Shown: in pieces, positions 8,427 to 18,021 of the stretch
How the letters are laid out: each line of letters begins with the position of its first letter
Numbering within the stretch: position 1 is the stretch's first letter
The notes under the pieces: generated by a model
Database searches by the model: none
The model's input: only the letters and a program-made list of their open reading frames with translations
What the model was told of the DNA's origin: nothing
Source: a virus
Length of the DNA: 35,864 nt
Virus record (IMG/VR): IMGVR_UViG_3300005533_000001
Coordinates: 1-35,864 of that record
Reading direction: 5' to 3' (one strand)
Position numbers and translations under genes: made by a program

Positions 8427-10271
8427 ATGCCCGACCCAACTCCACAGCAACAGCCAGACCCAACCGCTGGCGTACCGAGTCCTCAGCAATTACTGGGAGG
8501 CGGCCAACCCTCGCTTGGCGGCCCACAGGGCGGCGGATTCTTCCGCTCATTGGTGGGCACACTCATCTCCGGCATGGCCACACAGGGCTTGCAGGGTATG
8601 CGTGCGGCTGCCATGCAGGCAAATGGTACCCCAATGCAGCGCGCGTTCGGCGCAGGTATGGGAGCGCAGCAACAGCAACAGACTCAGCAGGATGAGAACA
8701 CAGAACGCCAGATACGGATTGCGCTGGGCAAAGTCAATTACCTGCAAACCTACCATGCTCTATTAAATGCGGATCGGCCAGTTCAAGAGCATGGCTACGA
8801 AGCCCTGCGTGATGCCGCTGGCCAGTATGACGATCAGGGAAAAATGGAGTGGATGGGCGGCTTCTCTGAAAAGCGCCAAGACTTGGTAGAGCAGTACCAG
8901 AAGATTGCCCGCGAACATCCAGACTGGAATGTGCAAATCTTCCCGACCAAGGGTTCTACGCTTGAGAATCCTCGCTGGGCAATTGGCCGCGTACTACAAG
9001 GGCCGCTTTCCGCGCCGATTGTGGTTACCCTTCCGGGCAGGCCAGACAAGGGACTGCCGCCGATGCAATCGAAGGTATCAGTTGGCACGGATGCCAGCGA
9101 TGGTATGAACAAGATGATCTACGACTTTAGGAACGGCTTGATTCATACCATGAAGGCAAGCACAGCCAAGCCATTCACGGACGCGCCAGATCAGATCACG
9201 GCCGATCAATTGCGTACTGCGATGCGAGCACAGGGTATGCAGCCAATTGCAAATCTAGACTCGTTGCTTGCCTATGCGAACAATGAAGCCGATGCCAGTG
9301 CGTTGCCAGCGAAGTCTTCCACGTCGGCATCCGGGGTAGAGATGGGCCGCGATATGGCTGATGAATTCATCCGGCAGAATAATATCAACCCCAACTTTGA
9401 CCCCAAGAAGGGTGCAGAAGAACTAGATGTGCGTCACACGGTTGAAGCATTCATGAAGCCGGGTGGCATAGACAGCTATCTCAAGGCAGAAGACGCCGCG
9501 AGCTACGCACAAGACGTTCTAGCCAATCCGAAGTCGCACTCGCCCGCTGTAGTGCAGTTGGCTACTCAGTTATTACCGCACGCCATTGCGCGTATGAAGG
9601 AATTGCCAACTCCAAAGCAAGAACTGGACGCGAAGAGTGGTGAGAAGGCCGAACAAAATTTAGATCGCGAGAAAGATAAAGCTGTCGAAGCATTCAAAAC
9701 GATGCTGGTGACCGATCAGGGCAAATTCGATGACTTGACTGAAGCCATGGACATGCTCAACAAGGGCGGCGCTGAGGACGAAGCGGTTGCTGCGATTAAG
9801 TCTTTGCGTGGCTTGGTGGGTGGCGGAGGTGTGCGTATTACCGGAGCGGAATTAAATCAGATTGCCCAAGCGCGTGGCTGGGCGCAAGGGTTCGATGTCT
9901 GGTTGAGCCGCGCGTCCACCGACCCTAATCAAGTCCACCTACTGAGTGATGCGCAGCGTGCGCAATTGTCAGACATTTTGCGCGCTGCATATAACAAACT
10001 GCGCGAGCATGATATGGCTACGCGACAGACTCAGGAAGACATTTTTAACGCGAAGTCGATCCAAGAAATTCGGCAGGCACAGATTGGCTGGGAGCGCAGC
10101 ACGGCCCCGCCGCCAGTTGCAAACCCTCGCCCCCCGAACGCGAAAAGCATTGGTACCGGCAAGACCGATAAACAGGATTACTATCTGGACGCGCAGGGTA
10201 AGCCGATAGGCCCGGTCTATACAAAAGTTCCACGCATTAAGTCACAATCAGATCAGCAAGCGGTTCAATAA
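8427..10271 (+). CDS. internal virion or ejection-like protein (Pro/Gln/Gly-rich N-terminus)
   Basis: 614 aa. The N-terminus PQQQPDP...GGGQPSLGGPQGGGFF is followed by a mostly alpha-helical charged body, as in podovirus core proteins. Confidence 0.55.
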   Translation: MPDPTPQQQPDPTAGVPSPQQLLGGGQPSLGGPQGGGFFRSLVGTLISGMATQGLQGMRAAAMQANGTPMQRAFGAGMGAQQQQQTQQDENTERQIRIALGKVNYLQTYHALLNADRPVQEHGYEALRDAAGQYDDQGKMEWMGGFSEKRQDLVEQYQKIAREHPDWNVQIFPTKGSTLENPRWAIGRVLQGPLSAPIVVTLPGRPDKGLPPMQSKVSVGTDASDGMNKMIYDFRNGLIHTMKASTAKPFTDAPDQITADQLRTAMRAQGMQPIANLDSLLAYANNEADASALPAKSSTSASGVEMGRDMADEFIRQNNINPNFDPKKGAEELDVRHTVEAFMKPGGIDSYLKAEDAASYAQDVLANPKSHSPAVVQLATQLLPHAIARMKELPTPKQELDAKSGEKAEQNLDREKDKAVEAFKTMLVTDQGKFDDLTEAMDMLNKGGAEDEAVAAIKSLRGLVGGGGVRITGAELNQIAQARGWAQGFDVWLSRASTDPNQVHLLSDAQRAQLSDILRAAYNKLREHDMATRQTQEDIFNAKSIQEIRQAQIGWERSTAPPPVANPRPPNAKSIGTGKTDKQDYYLDAQGKPIGPVYTKVPRIKSQSDQQAVQ

Positions 10272-12061
10272 TGGGCGACTCACCACAGGCCGTACAAAAT
10301 CAGGGCGGAACTCCACCCAACGCTCCTTCGCAGGAGTTTGATAACGTCCGCCCGCTAGATGCTAGTGTTTCTGGCCAAAGCGACCAGATGCCACAAGCAT
10401 TTGAGAACATCCGCGCGCTGGACGATTCCCAGCAAGCACCTCCGTTCACTCCGCTGAATTTATTAGACCCATCACAGGCGAAGGGTTTTATTTCTGGTAT
10501 CCCTACTGGATTCGGCATGGGCGCTGCCGAGGGCGCACAGGGCATTGCTCGCTTAGGCCAGAAAGTTGGCATACCGGTCAACCAAGAATCCATGCAGCCA
10601 ATACCGCAACCTAATATCATGACTTCCGAAGGAGCCGGTTCGGAATTCGGCAAAATGATGGAGGGGATGTTTGAATTTCTGCCCGCCGAAGCTGGGGTAG
10701 GTGCTGGTTTAACTGCCGCCGATAAGGCTCTAGCTATTGGCAAGATCATGAAAGCCATGGAAGTGTCGCCGCCAATGATGGAAGCGCTCAAGACTGGCAT
10801 GCGTATTGTTAAGGGCGGGGCCACTGGCGCAGGCTTATCTGCACTCCATGGTGGTAGCGGCGAAGATATTGCCTTGTCAGGCGCGGCTGGGGCCGCTTAT
10901 GGCGCGGCTGGCGAAATCATGGGTAGGAATCAATACGCGCAGGCTAACTCGTATATTAAGACCCCGGAAGATTACATCATCCGCGCGTTCAACCCAGCCG
11001 AACCTGTAGACCTAAAGGGCGCAGGCCAAAGCGTTCAACCCAGCCAGAGTTTGGGTAAGTTCGACAAAGAATTGCGCGCGAATATTCCATACATCATGGG
11101 AGAGGCGATTGAAAGTGGCAGACCACCACAGGGTCGCCGCGATGTTATTGACGATTCATTGCGCGGTGCTGCCAAGTTCAATGACCTGTACTACAACAAA
11201 GTGATTGAACCAATGAAGGACGTTAAGATTGGGTGGGCCAACACGTCGAAGATTCCTAACTATCAAGGTCAGTCCGACGCCGAAGGAAATATCACCCTCG
11301 GTCAACTCGACAAACGACTTGGCGTAATCAATGCTACTCTCAACCCGCGATTTGAAAAGAGCGGAATGGCGTCGATAGCCTCGCTCAATGCCGAGACTAT
11401 TCAATCTTTGCAAGCTGAAGCGGCGCAAATCAGAAATGTCCTCTATCCCATGTTGCAAGATGGCATTGGGAACCGATTGGGCATAGATGTGGCCGATGTT
11501 AAGTCTCGCGCACAGCAGATGAAAGATATTGCCGACTACATGGAGGAAAGCTGGCAGGCTACTCGCCGCCGTGCATTTACACCTGTTGGCGACGAATCTT
11601 CAATGTACCGCGCAACCGAACGCGGCATTGTGAAGTTAACACGCGCAACATTCGGCGACCCGCGCGATGCCGATATCCGCCATGGTTGGGCTGCCTTGAT
11701 GAATTCCGGTATTGAGCCTAAGTTGCCGGGTATGCGCAGTGCTGCTTTGCCGCCGCCACCTACCAACATTATGGTTGAGCGCCACCCAAGCTGGAAAATC
11801 AATATTGCCGACGCAGCCGAGGCGGTTAATGCTCGCCCAACTGGCGTTCGCACAGCCGAAGACATTAGCCATCAGCCAGATGAGGTGGCGGCACAGAAGG
11901 CCAAGATTGAAAAGCGCGCGGATGAAGTGTTGGCCGCCCGTGCTCGCGCCATAAAGAAGGCGGCAGAGGAATCCATGCAAACGCCATACCAGCGCACCGC
12001 AGGCCCAGATATCGGCGAAGGGGAAGAGGCACCAGACTTCAACCGTGAAATGGAACACTAA
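10271..12061 (+). CDS. internal virion or ejection-like protein
   Basis: 596 aa. TAATG overlap with the upstream gene. Gly/Ala-rich middle region (GGATGAGLSALHGGSGEDIALSGAAGAAYGAAG). Confidence 0.55.
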   Translation: MGDSPQAVQNQGGTPPNAPSQEFDNVRPLDASVSGQSDQMPQAFENIRALDDSQQAPPFTPLNLLDPSQAKGFISGIPTGFGMGAAEGAQGIARLGQKVGIPVNQESMQPIPQPNIMTSEGAGSEFGKMMEGMFEFLPAEAGVGAGLTAADKALAIGKIMKAMEVSPPMMEALKTGMRIVKGGATGAGLSALHGGSGEDIALSGAAGAAYGAAGEIMGRNQYAQANSYIKTPEDYIIRAFNPAEPVDLKGAGQSVQPSQSLGKFDKELRANIPYIMGEAIESGRPPQGRRDVIDDSLRGAAKFNDLYYNKVIEPMKDVKIGWANTSKIPNYQGQSDAEGNITLGQLDKRLGVINATLNPRFEKSGMASIASLNAETIQSLQAEAAQIRNVLYPMLQDGIGNRLGIDVADVKSRAQQMKDIADYMEESWQATRRRAFTPVGDESSMYRATERGIVKLTRATFGDPRDADIRHGWAALMNSGIEPKLPGMRSAALPPPPTNIMVERHPSWKINIADAAEAVNARPTGVRTAEDISHQPDEVAAQKAKIEKRADEVLAARARAIKKAAEESMQTPYQRTAGPDIGEGEEAPDFNREMEH

Positions 12062-12295
12062 ATGGACAGTCCCGAAGATTACTTCTTCGATATAGATGTC
12101 GATATGATTGGGGCGCTGCGCGTCGATCAAGATCGCGTCCACGTTTACTTGTCCGAATGGTCTACACTAACCTTTAGCCAAGACGCGCTGGATGCGCTGG
12201 CTAGAACTCTGGAGCCATACAGGAATCGCCATGATTTGGGAACGCAAGGAACTGTGCCTGTTAGTGGAAGCGGAAGCGCTCAAGCAGGAGATTGA
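12062..12295 (+). CDS. small acidic hypothetical protein
   Basis: 77 aa. ATG directly after the upstream TAA. Its 3' end overlaps the next candidate gene by 65 nt. Confidence 0.3.
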   Translation: MDSPEDYFFDIDVDMIGALRVDQDRVHVYLSEWSTLTFSQDALDALARTLEPYRNRHDLGTQGTVPVSGSGSAQAGD

Positions 12296-12695
12296 CCCAG
12301 CGCTATGCGCGGCCATAGTCGAAGTTGTCTCCGAGTGGCAACCTAACCGCATCTCTGTGCTGTCTGACGACGATCTACACCTGCAACCCAGCGCTTTCCC
12401 CACCAAGGCAGGAGAAATGGCGCTGATGGCCTCTCGGATAGGTTTGTTCCAGTTTCAAGGCGCGCAGGCGCGACATCTTGACTACAAGCAAGGACTGGAC
12501 GATCTGCTATTACCTACTACTAATCTAGAAATTGGGATAAAGCTACTCAAGAGAAGTCTGGAACAGGCCGGTCGCGCCGTAGATCGCGCCTTGCTGATTA
12601 TGTACGGCTATTCGATTGTCCCGATGATTCCTAAGATCGCGATGAAGGTGAAGGCATTCCGCGAGCTATTCCTGACTCGGCCCGATGTCCATTAA
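12231..12695 (+). CDS. divergent lysozyme-like / lytic transglycosylase-like protein (possibly virion-associated)
   Basis: The ATG at 12231 has an AGGAA RBS. The motif string CAAIVEVVSEWQPNRIS...GLFQFQ...LP.TNLEIG..LL...ALLIMYGYS loosely follows the GH23/SLT pattern (E-S..NP..S, GLMQ, P.N...G..L, A..YN.G). Confidence 0.4.
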   Translation: MIWERKELCLLVEAEALKQEIDPALCAAIVEVVSEWQPNRISVLSDDDLHLQPSAFPTKAGEMALMASRIGLFQFQGAQARHLDYKQGLDDLLLPTTNLEIGIKLLKRSLEQAGRAVDRALLIMYGYSIVPMIPKIAMKVKAFRELFLTRPDVH

Positions 12696-12699
12696 ATGG

Positions 12700-13611
12700 T
12701 CACAGTTCCCGCCCAGAGACCCAGATCGAATCCGGGTCAGCTTCCCAGCGATTGTTGCGATGCTCAAAGTGCAGGCTACGCATGGGGATAACCCAATGCT
12801 CTTTGTTGTGAGTCATGGTTATGGTAACCAGATCGCCGATTGTGGATTTGATTACCCCAAGACCTTTATTTTTGACGCTCACCCGCTCGCCCACGTCGAG
12901 TGATGGCTTAGATATGGTTTGCGCTTGTTGTGCCCGGTCAACGATTTGGGCTATGGCGGCATGATTGTAGCCAGACTCCGGCGAATAGACGAGAACTGAC
13001 GGCGCGGAGTCTTCGAGCACTTCTATTTTGGTCTGTATTAACCCCTCGGGGTCGGCAATGCTGGGGCCAAGCATCCGCTTTTCCTTTTTGGATGGCTGAA
13101 AATACACATCTACGCCATATTCGGTCAGCGTTGTGATCTCCTGTTCGACTTCGCGCATACTCCACGGCAGTTCCTTCAGCCTGAAAGTAAGATTCTTGGG
13201 ATAGGCAAACTGCGCGCGGTAGCCTAATTCGTGCTCACAAATTTTTCCCCAGAGATAGATATCGCCATGAACTCGATCATCACCAATGGCGTCCCAATAG
13301 CCGTGCTTTTTAAGGTGCTCGAAATCCTTGGCCGCATAAATGCCACAGGAGCAATTCTCTCCCGGTGCTTGATGTCCCAATTCAGGCTCCCGCATCTCCA
13401 TGGCGATACCTACACCGACGCAATGCATGCAGGCTTTTGTATTGGCCACCATGGGCACGCGCGGATGCCAGTAAGTATTATTGAGGGAATATAGCCCTCG
13501 ATTCACACCCGATGGAGTTATGTGCCAAGTCGGATTGACGCCATTCGCGCTCCACTTCCATGTGCGGTGAGCAATGAATGGCTCTACATAATCAGGAATG
13601 ATGTTCTTCAT
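12700..13611 (-). CDS. hypothetical protein (Cys/His-rich core, C-terminal KOW/SH3-like segment)
   Basis: 303 aa counted from ATG 13611 (MKNIIPDY). The track's TTG 13743 would overlap the upstream gene. Convergent with the structural block. Confidence 0.5.
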   Translation of the reverse strand: MKNIIPDYVEPFIAHRTWKWSANGVNPTWHITPSGVNRGLYSLNNTYWHPRVPMVANTKACMHCVGVGIAMEMREPELGHQAPGENCSCGIYAAKDFEHLKKHGYWDAIGDDRVHGDIYLWGKICEHELGYRAQFAYPKNLTFRLKELPWSMREVEQEITTLTEYGVDVYFQPSKKEKRMLGPSIADPEGLIQTKIEVLEDSAPSVLVYSPESGYNHAAIAQIVDRAQQAQTISKPSLDVGERVSVKNKGLGVIKSTIGDLVTITMTHNKEHWVIPMRSLHFEHRNNRWEADPDSIWVSGREL

Positions 13612-13729
13612 GGCAGCGCTGGAACCTGTTCCGGCTCTTTCTCTGGGACGACAACTGGCTCCGGTTCCGGTGCTGGTTGACTGATCGGCAGGTGAAGCGG
13701 CTCCACCACAATGGTGCGCTTGGGTTCGC

Positions 13730-14374
13730 CTATTTCCATACAATTACCTCTCTCTCATTACGTCCACCAAGATAAGCGAAAATCTCCGACTTGGCAACAG
13801 TTTTTGTCTTGACTTTGCCATTTTGGCTGAAGCGCTTGGCGAACCATTCCGCCTTGGCTTTATCGAGCGTATAGGAGATGCCGTGGGCATTCTTCCCCGG
13901 CTGATAGCCGCGATAGATCGTCAATTTCTCCGGCAGCTTGGCGAACTCGGCCCGGTCTTCTTCGTCCATGAAATATTCGCGACCGGGGCGCTTGGACTTC
14001 AGCAGGCGCAGCCATACATGGAATCTGTGGCCGATATTTTCGGAATCAATCCAGACTGACCCCAATAGCTTCCAATACTCCTGATCGGTCAACTTGGGTT
14101 CAATGGCCTGAAACGCATCCAGCCGATAGGGCCGCTCATGCAACCAGATGTATTGACTCCAGTTATGCTTCTTGGTGGCCAATTCGATTTGCTTCCGCTT
14201 CTCGCGCAGCATTTGGTTGGCCCACGCATTCAATTGCTCATGGTGGGGAACCATGTAGACCAGTGGATGGCGGATGCAGGTGCCCAGACGGGGCAATTCC
14301 TCTCTGTATTGCTCCAGTTCGGCACACAGTAGCTCCTGCTTCTCTAATAGGTTTTTGCAGTCAATGGCGATCAT
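13730..14374 (-). CDS. hypothetical protein
   Basis: 214 aa. Part of the leftward operon. Confidence 0.5.
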   Translation of the reverse strand: MIAIDCKNLLEKQELLCAELEQYREELPRLGTCIRHPLVYMVPHHEQLNAWANQMLREKRKQIELATKKHNWSQYIWLHERPYRLDAFQAIEPKLTDQEYWKLLGSVWIDSENIGHRFHVWLRLLKSKRPGREYFMDEEDRAEFAKLPEKLTIYRGYQPGKNAHGISYTLDKAKAEWFAKRFSQNGKVKTKTVAKSEIFAYLGGRNEREVIVWK

Positions 14375-14376
14375 GG

Positions 14377-14538
14377 CTAATTGGACGCGGATTCAAAGGC
14401 GAGGGATTCTCTTTCTTCGTCAGCTTCCCGTGAAAAGCGTTCCATGTCCGCCTCGCAGGCACCGCATAACCCAAGCGTCCCCGGCCCGTCATATCCGCAA
14501 TATGCGCATTCATTTCCCATTTCTGTGTTCCAGATCAT
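14377..14538 (-). CDS. small zinc-ribbon protein (53 aa; CAYCG...LCGACE)
   Basis: Found by hand translation; it is shorter than the 60-aa track cutoff. Its ATG overlaps the recombinase stop as ATGA, and its stop lies 3 nt before the next gene. Confidence 0.4.
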   Translation of the reverse strand: MIWNTEMGNECAYCGYDGPGTLGLCGACEADMERFSREADEERESLAFESASN

Positions 14539-15086
14539 GCTGCTTCTCCCATAGCTTCGATGACGGAATCGAAGGCAGTAATTGAATCTTCGAGCAGGTA
14601 TGCGCCAGTGCTGGCCATGGACTTGTGCCCAGCCGTCATTCTGAGGCTTTCAATCCCGGCCCCGGCCTTGCGTGCCTGCATCAATCGACTGTGCTTCAGG
14701 ACGTGGGGGAAGCACAGACGCCGGGGAATTCCCGCCGCCTTGCCATACTTTCGCATAATGTACGAAAAGTGGTCGCGGCCCGTGCGCGCCGATGCTCCGG
14801 CAGGCAAGGGGAAGATCGGCCCCGGTGGGCAGGCTTCCAGCAATGTCTTTTCATCCATCAGCGGGTCATCCGGGCGCGATACAAGCCGCTGATCGGTCGC
14901 ATATGACCCCTTGAGCCGTTTAATGGCGATAATGCCGCCCTCAATGTGCTCCCGCCGCAACATATACGCCTCTGAGGCGCGCAATGCATGCAGGTACGTC
15001 ACCAGAATCAATAGGTGATCTTGCGCGCTCTCTTTTTGGGCCGCGCCTAGAAGGGCGCGCACCTGTTCATGGGTCATGTGTTTCAT
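14535..15086 (-). CDS. short tyrosine recombinase / phage-integrase-family catalytic domain protein
   Basis: 183 aa. ALRASE (box I Arg), PHVLKHS (H-x-x-K/R-H) and GHKSMASTGAYL (HxxxxTxxY nucleophile tyrosine) are all present. There is no N-terminal arm or core-binding domain. Confidence 0.55.
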   Translation of the reverse strand: MKHMTHEQVRALLGAAQKESAQDHLLILVTYLHALRASEAYMLRREHIEGGIIAIKRLKGSYATDQRLVSRPDDPLMDEKTLLEACPPGPIFPLPAGASARTGRDHFSYIMRKYGKAAGIPRRLCFPHVLKHSRLMQARKAGAGIESLRMTAGHKSMASTGAYLLEDSITAFDSVIEAMGEAA

Positions 15087-15289
15087 GGTTTATTACCGGC
15101 GAATAGCTCCGGGTTCCCCCATCTCTTGCCGCCCCACTCGATTATGCGCTGGGGCAGGTCAATGTGGCCGTATTCGTACATTTTGCCGTACAGAATCCCA
15201 ACAAAAGACCCCGGCGATACGAATGTCTTGTGACCATCCCACCAATTCTGTGGATGCCAAAATTCGGCAGGACGTGCCATGCTCCTCAT
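15083..15289 (-). CDS. hypothetical small protein (Trp-rich)
   Basis: 68 aa. ATGA overlaps at both ends. Confidence 0.4.
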   Translation of the reverse strand: MRSMARPAEFWHPQNWWDGHKTFVSPGSFVGILYGKMYEYGHIDLPQRIIEWGGKRWGNPELFAGNKP

Positions 15290-15627
15290 TGCTTCAACTC
15301 CCAGAACTTGGCATGCAGGTTGCGGATGAATACGCGGCCCTCTTCACCCATCGGCCCGTCGAACTTCTCAATTGACCGCTGACAAAGCCCATCGCTGTCG
15401 CCCGCATCAATCAGCGCCGCGCAGGTGGCGCAGGCCGCCCAAAGGTTATCCGTGCCCAAGTTCAACTTGCGGCCCAGTAATTGGACTTCCATAGTGAATT
15501 CGGGGCAGGGGTAACCCTTCACAATTGGCGTCTCACTACAGAAGTCACAAACTTCTGTCCCCGGCTCCGGGGATAAAGTGAGGGTGAGTTTCCCATCAAC
15601 TTCGGTGATCTTTTCTTTTACGGTCAC
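15286..15627 (-). CDS. hypothetical Cys-rich protein (CDFC...CP...CATC)
   Basis: 113 aa. Operon context with ATGA overlap. Confidence 0.45.
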   Translation of the reverse strand: MTVKEKITEVDGKLTLTLSPEPGTEVCDFCSETPIVKGYPCPEFTMEVQLLGRKLNLGTDNLWAACATCAALIDAGDSDGLCQRSIEKFDGPMGEEGRVFIRNLHAKFWELKQ

Positions 15628-15941
15628 GCTGCTACTCCCTGTCTGCCCGCATAGCGCGGGAGAAAGAAATCCTTCAATTTGCCAGTCTCCCGGTCAATAT
15701 GACGGCGGATGCCGAATATGTCATGGACGAAATCCGTCTGATCGGCCCGCAGCAATTCGGCTAATTGCAATGGGCAGCCGTTCGCGTGAACGGCAATCAC
15801 GTCCATAAGCGTTTCGCGCTGGAACTTGGTGGCTTCTTTATTCGACATAGCGCCGAATGCCTTGTCAGCCACTTTGACCGCGCGTTCTGCGATGCGTGCG
15901 GCCAGCGCATGATCTTCTTTGCTTGCGTTCCAGTTAATCAT
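15624..15941 (-). CDS. hypothetical protein
   Basis: 105 aa. 4-nt overlaps with both neighbours. Confidence 0.45.
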   Translation of the reverse strand: MINWNASKEDHALAARIAERAVKVADKAFGAMSNKEATKFQRETLMDVIAVHANGCPLQLAELLRADQTDFVHDIFGIRRHIDRETGKLKDFFLPRYAGRQGVAA

Positions 15942-16246
15942 GCGTGCCCCATTGGCGTGCCAGTGGGCACTAATCCGCCCATGGCCTCTTCGAGTGATTT
16001 CTTCGTGCGGGCCTGATGGGAATGCACCACGCCAGCTACCATGATGCAGGCAAGGAAATCTGCTGGCATCTGTGTTTCGGCCACGATCTTATCCATGGCT
16101 TCGCGGCAATTCTTCTCGTTCTCCGCATCCTCCGGCGTTTCGGCGTTGGGCATGACTTCCAAGATGATCTGCGCGGCCACGCGAAGCACGGCCCGATTGT
16201 CCACCAAGGGCAGCTTCAGTTCTTTAACTTCAATTTCTGGTTTCAA
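15938..16246 (-). CDS. hypothetical acidic protein
   Basis: 102 aa. 4-nt overlaps with both neighbours. Confidence 0.45.
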   Translation of the reverse strand: MKPEIEVKELKLPLVDNRAVLRVAAQIILEVMPNAETPEDAENEKNCREAMDKIVAETQMPADFLACIMVAGVVHSHQARTKKSLEEAMGGLVPTGTPMGHA

Positions 16247-16581
16247 TTTGATTCTCCCTCTTCTTTAATGTTTCCCGGTTCCAAGAATTCGATTCCGGTG
16301 ATCTGCTGTTCGTCGCTATTTATTGTGAGCCTCGCGACCGTAGCCTCGTTATACCGCGACAACTGGTAATTCAGGTTTTGCACAATCATGGTGGGCTGCA
16401 AGGTGACCATCCACGTGGCTACCTGTGGCAGCTTGGGCAGCAGGTGAAACAATAACCGCGCAATAAGATGACGTGGCATCTCCATGCGCTCACCCCGGCC
16501 CCAATCGAACAGGATTGCGCCATTGCGCTGTTCTACGCGCAGATTGGCTACCTTGGTATTGATTGTCTTAGTCTGCGTCAT
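16243..16581 (-). CDS. hypothetical protein
   Basis: 112 aa. A GGAGGG RBS is present in the strand complementary to 16582-16595. Confidence 0.45.
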   Translation of the reverse strand: MTQTKTINTKVANLRVEQRNGAILFDWGRGERMEMPRHLIARLLFHLLPKLPQVATWMVTLQPTMIVQNLNYQLSRYNEATVARLTINSDEQQITGIEFLEPGNIKEEGESN

Positions 16582-16641
16582 AACCCTCCATCGCTGGCCA
16601 CGCTTGTTTTCATGGCCAGAGTCGAAAGTTACGCCACGTTC

Positions 16642-17778
16642 TCAATCACAACTGCGTCGGCGACGCCTTTGTTTTCGATCTTGCGCGGCTGCAACAACTT
16701 CGCCAGCGTACTCCTGCAATTCCAGCTTGCGATGCTCATCCTGAGTCTCATTACTGAGCCAGCTTAGGGCATTCGACCAGCGCCATTTGGTTTGACCCGC
16801 AGGCAGCAGTTCAATATCAGGTGATGCGAACTTTTCCACCACATTGACGCCCTCTTCTTTGTTGAGGTTCTTCTTGACCCAGTTCTGAATGTCATGGGTG
16901 GCGATCTTTTCCTCATTCGCCGCCTTGAGCAATCCAAGAGTCTGATTCACGGCTCCCGGCCCCAGAACATTTTCGGACAAGTCTTTGATTGCCGATGCCA
17001 TGGTCTGAGTATCCAACGCATAGGTGCGCTCACTCAGGCGAACATTGTCCGGCAATCTCTTGCCCAGATGCACCTGCTTGAGCACAGATTCGAGCGTCGC
17101 GAGATTTGTACACCACATCCGCTCAAGAATCAATGACAATGTGAGATAGCCATCGCCAAAGTCTGAGTCGCCCAGTTCCGCGCCAATGGCAACCAGTTCG
17201 CCGGGGAATGGCTCAAACACATACGGCAAAAAGCACCGCACTTTGATCTTGGTTTGCAGCGCGAATCCATCAATCGGACGCGCACCGTATTGCCGGATGG
17301 CTCCCACGAATGCCTCAAGCAGTGGTCGCGAGTCCAGACGGCGGAAGTGATCGGACAAGAAACCGCGCGTCTCGCCCTTCACATTGCGCAGCAAGAAGCG
17401 GTCGCCGTTCAGGTGGCCATACAGTTCGGTCAGATTATGGGCAATCAGTTGCTTGCCCCAATCCTTGGCTTGCAGTTCAGTTAGATAGCGTCCGGGGAAA
17501 TTGACCCGTTCGGCTGCCTGTCGCAGGGCATGCGGATGGATGGCCAGCGCATCCGCTTTGGTATCAGGGGTGATGATGGCCAGACCCTTTTCGCCGCTTT
17601 CAAACCGCAGCGCTTTCCCGGCCACGATCATGTCTTGCGGCACATCGTTCTGTACCTGTTCAATGACCCGTTCCACTCTGGGAACGGATAGGTGGAACCT
17701 CTCATCGAGTCGCCGCTGGAATTCTTTGGCGGAATCCGAGACGGCCACGTTATATTCGCGTGAATCATGGTGAATCAT
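16642..17778 (-). CDS. hypothetical protein (378 aa, no recognisable NTP-binding motif)
   Basis: Long ORF with an AGGAGA RBS upstream on the minus strand. Confidence 0.55.
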   Translation of the reverse strand: MIHHDSREYNVAVSDSAKEFQRRLDERFHLSVPRVERVIEQVQNDVPQDMIVAGKALRFESGEKGLAIITPDTKADALAIHPHALRQAAERVNFPGRYLTELQAKDWGKQLIAHNLTELYGHLNGDRFLLRNVKGETRGFLSDHFRRLDSRPLLEAFVGAIRQYGARPIDGFALQTKIKVRCFLPYVFEPFPGELVAIGAELGDSDFGDGYLTLSLILERMWCTNLATLESVLKQVHLGKRLPDNVRLSERTYALDTQTMASAIKDLSENVLGPGAVNQTLGLLKAANEEKIATHDIQNWVKKNLNKEEGVNVVEKFASPDIELLPAGQTKWRWSNALSWLSNETQDEHRKLELQEYAGEVVAAAQDRKQRRRRRSCD

Positions 17779-17811
17779 TGTTTTTCATTTCTCCTAATTC
17801 ATTTGACAACA

Positions 17812-18021
17812 CTAACTCGGGGAGTAGATGTTATTTATTTCTACGCCGCCATTCATTTCTTCTGGCACATCAATGGCCCAGAGTCCATTGTTTACTTCGT
17901 CACGTTCTGTTCGGCTGCCAGTGGTCGCGAGTAAGTCAAGAAACTCCTCCGCCTCTTGTGGCGTATAGAATTTGGTGACGGTACCGCGCGGACTGACAAC
18001 ACTCACCTGTGGCCCATTCAT
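17812..18021 (-). CDS. hypothetical small acidic protein
   Basis: 69 aa. 4-nt overlap with the upstream gene. Confidence 0.4.
   Translation of the reverse strand: MNGPQVSVVSPRGTVTKFYTPQEAEEFLDLLATTGSRTERDEVNNGLWAIDVPEEMNGGVEINNIYSPS

Noticed and set aside
10120-10160. Walker A-like GTGKT in the 8427..10271 protein
   Set aside because: The spacing does not fit GxxxxGK[ST]. It lies in the Pro-rich C-terminal tail of a virion protein and is probably coincidental.
14274-14892. Plus-strand ORFs inside the leftward operon (14274..14585, 14560..14892, 18981..19343, 19747..20247 and others)
   Set aside because: They are antisense to the minus-strand genes that carry coupled starts and RBSs. No RBS precedes them and their composition is biased.
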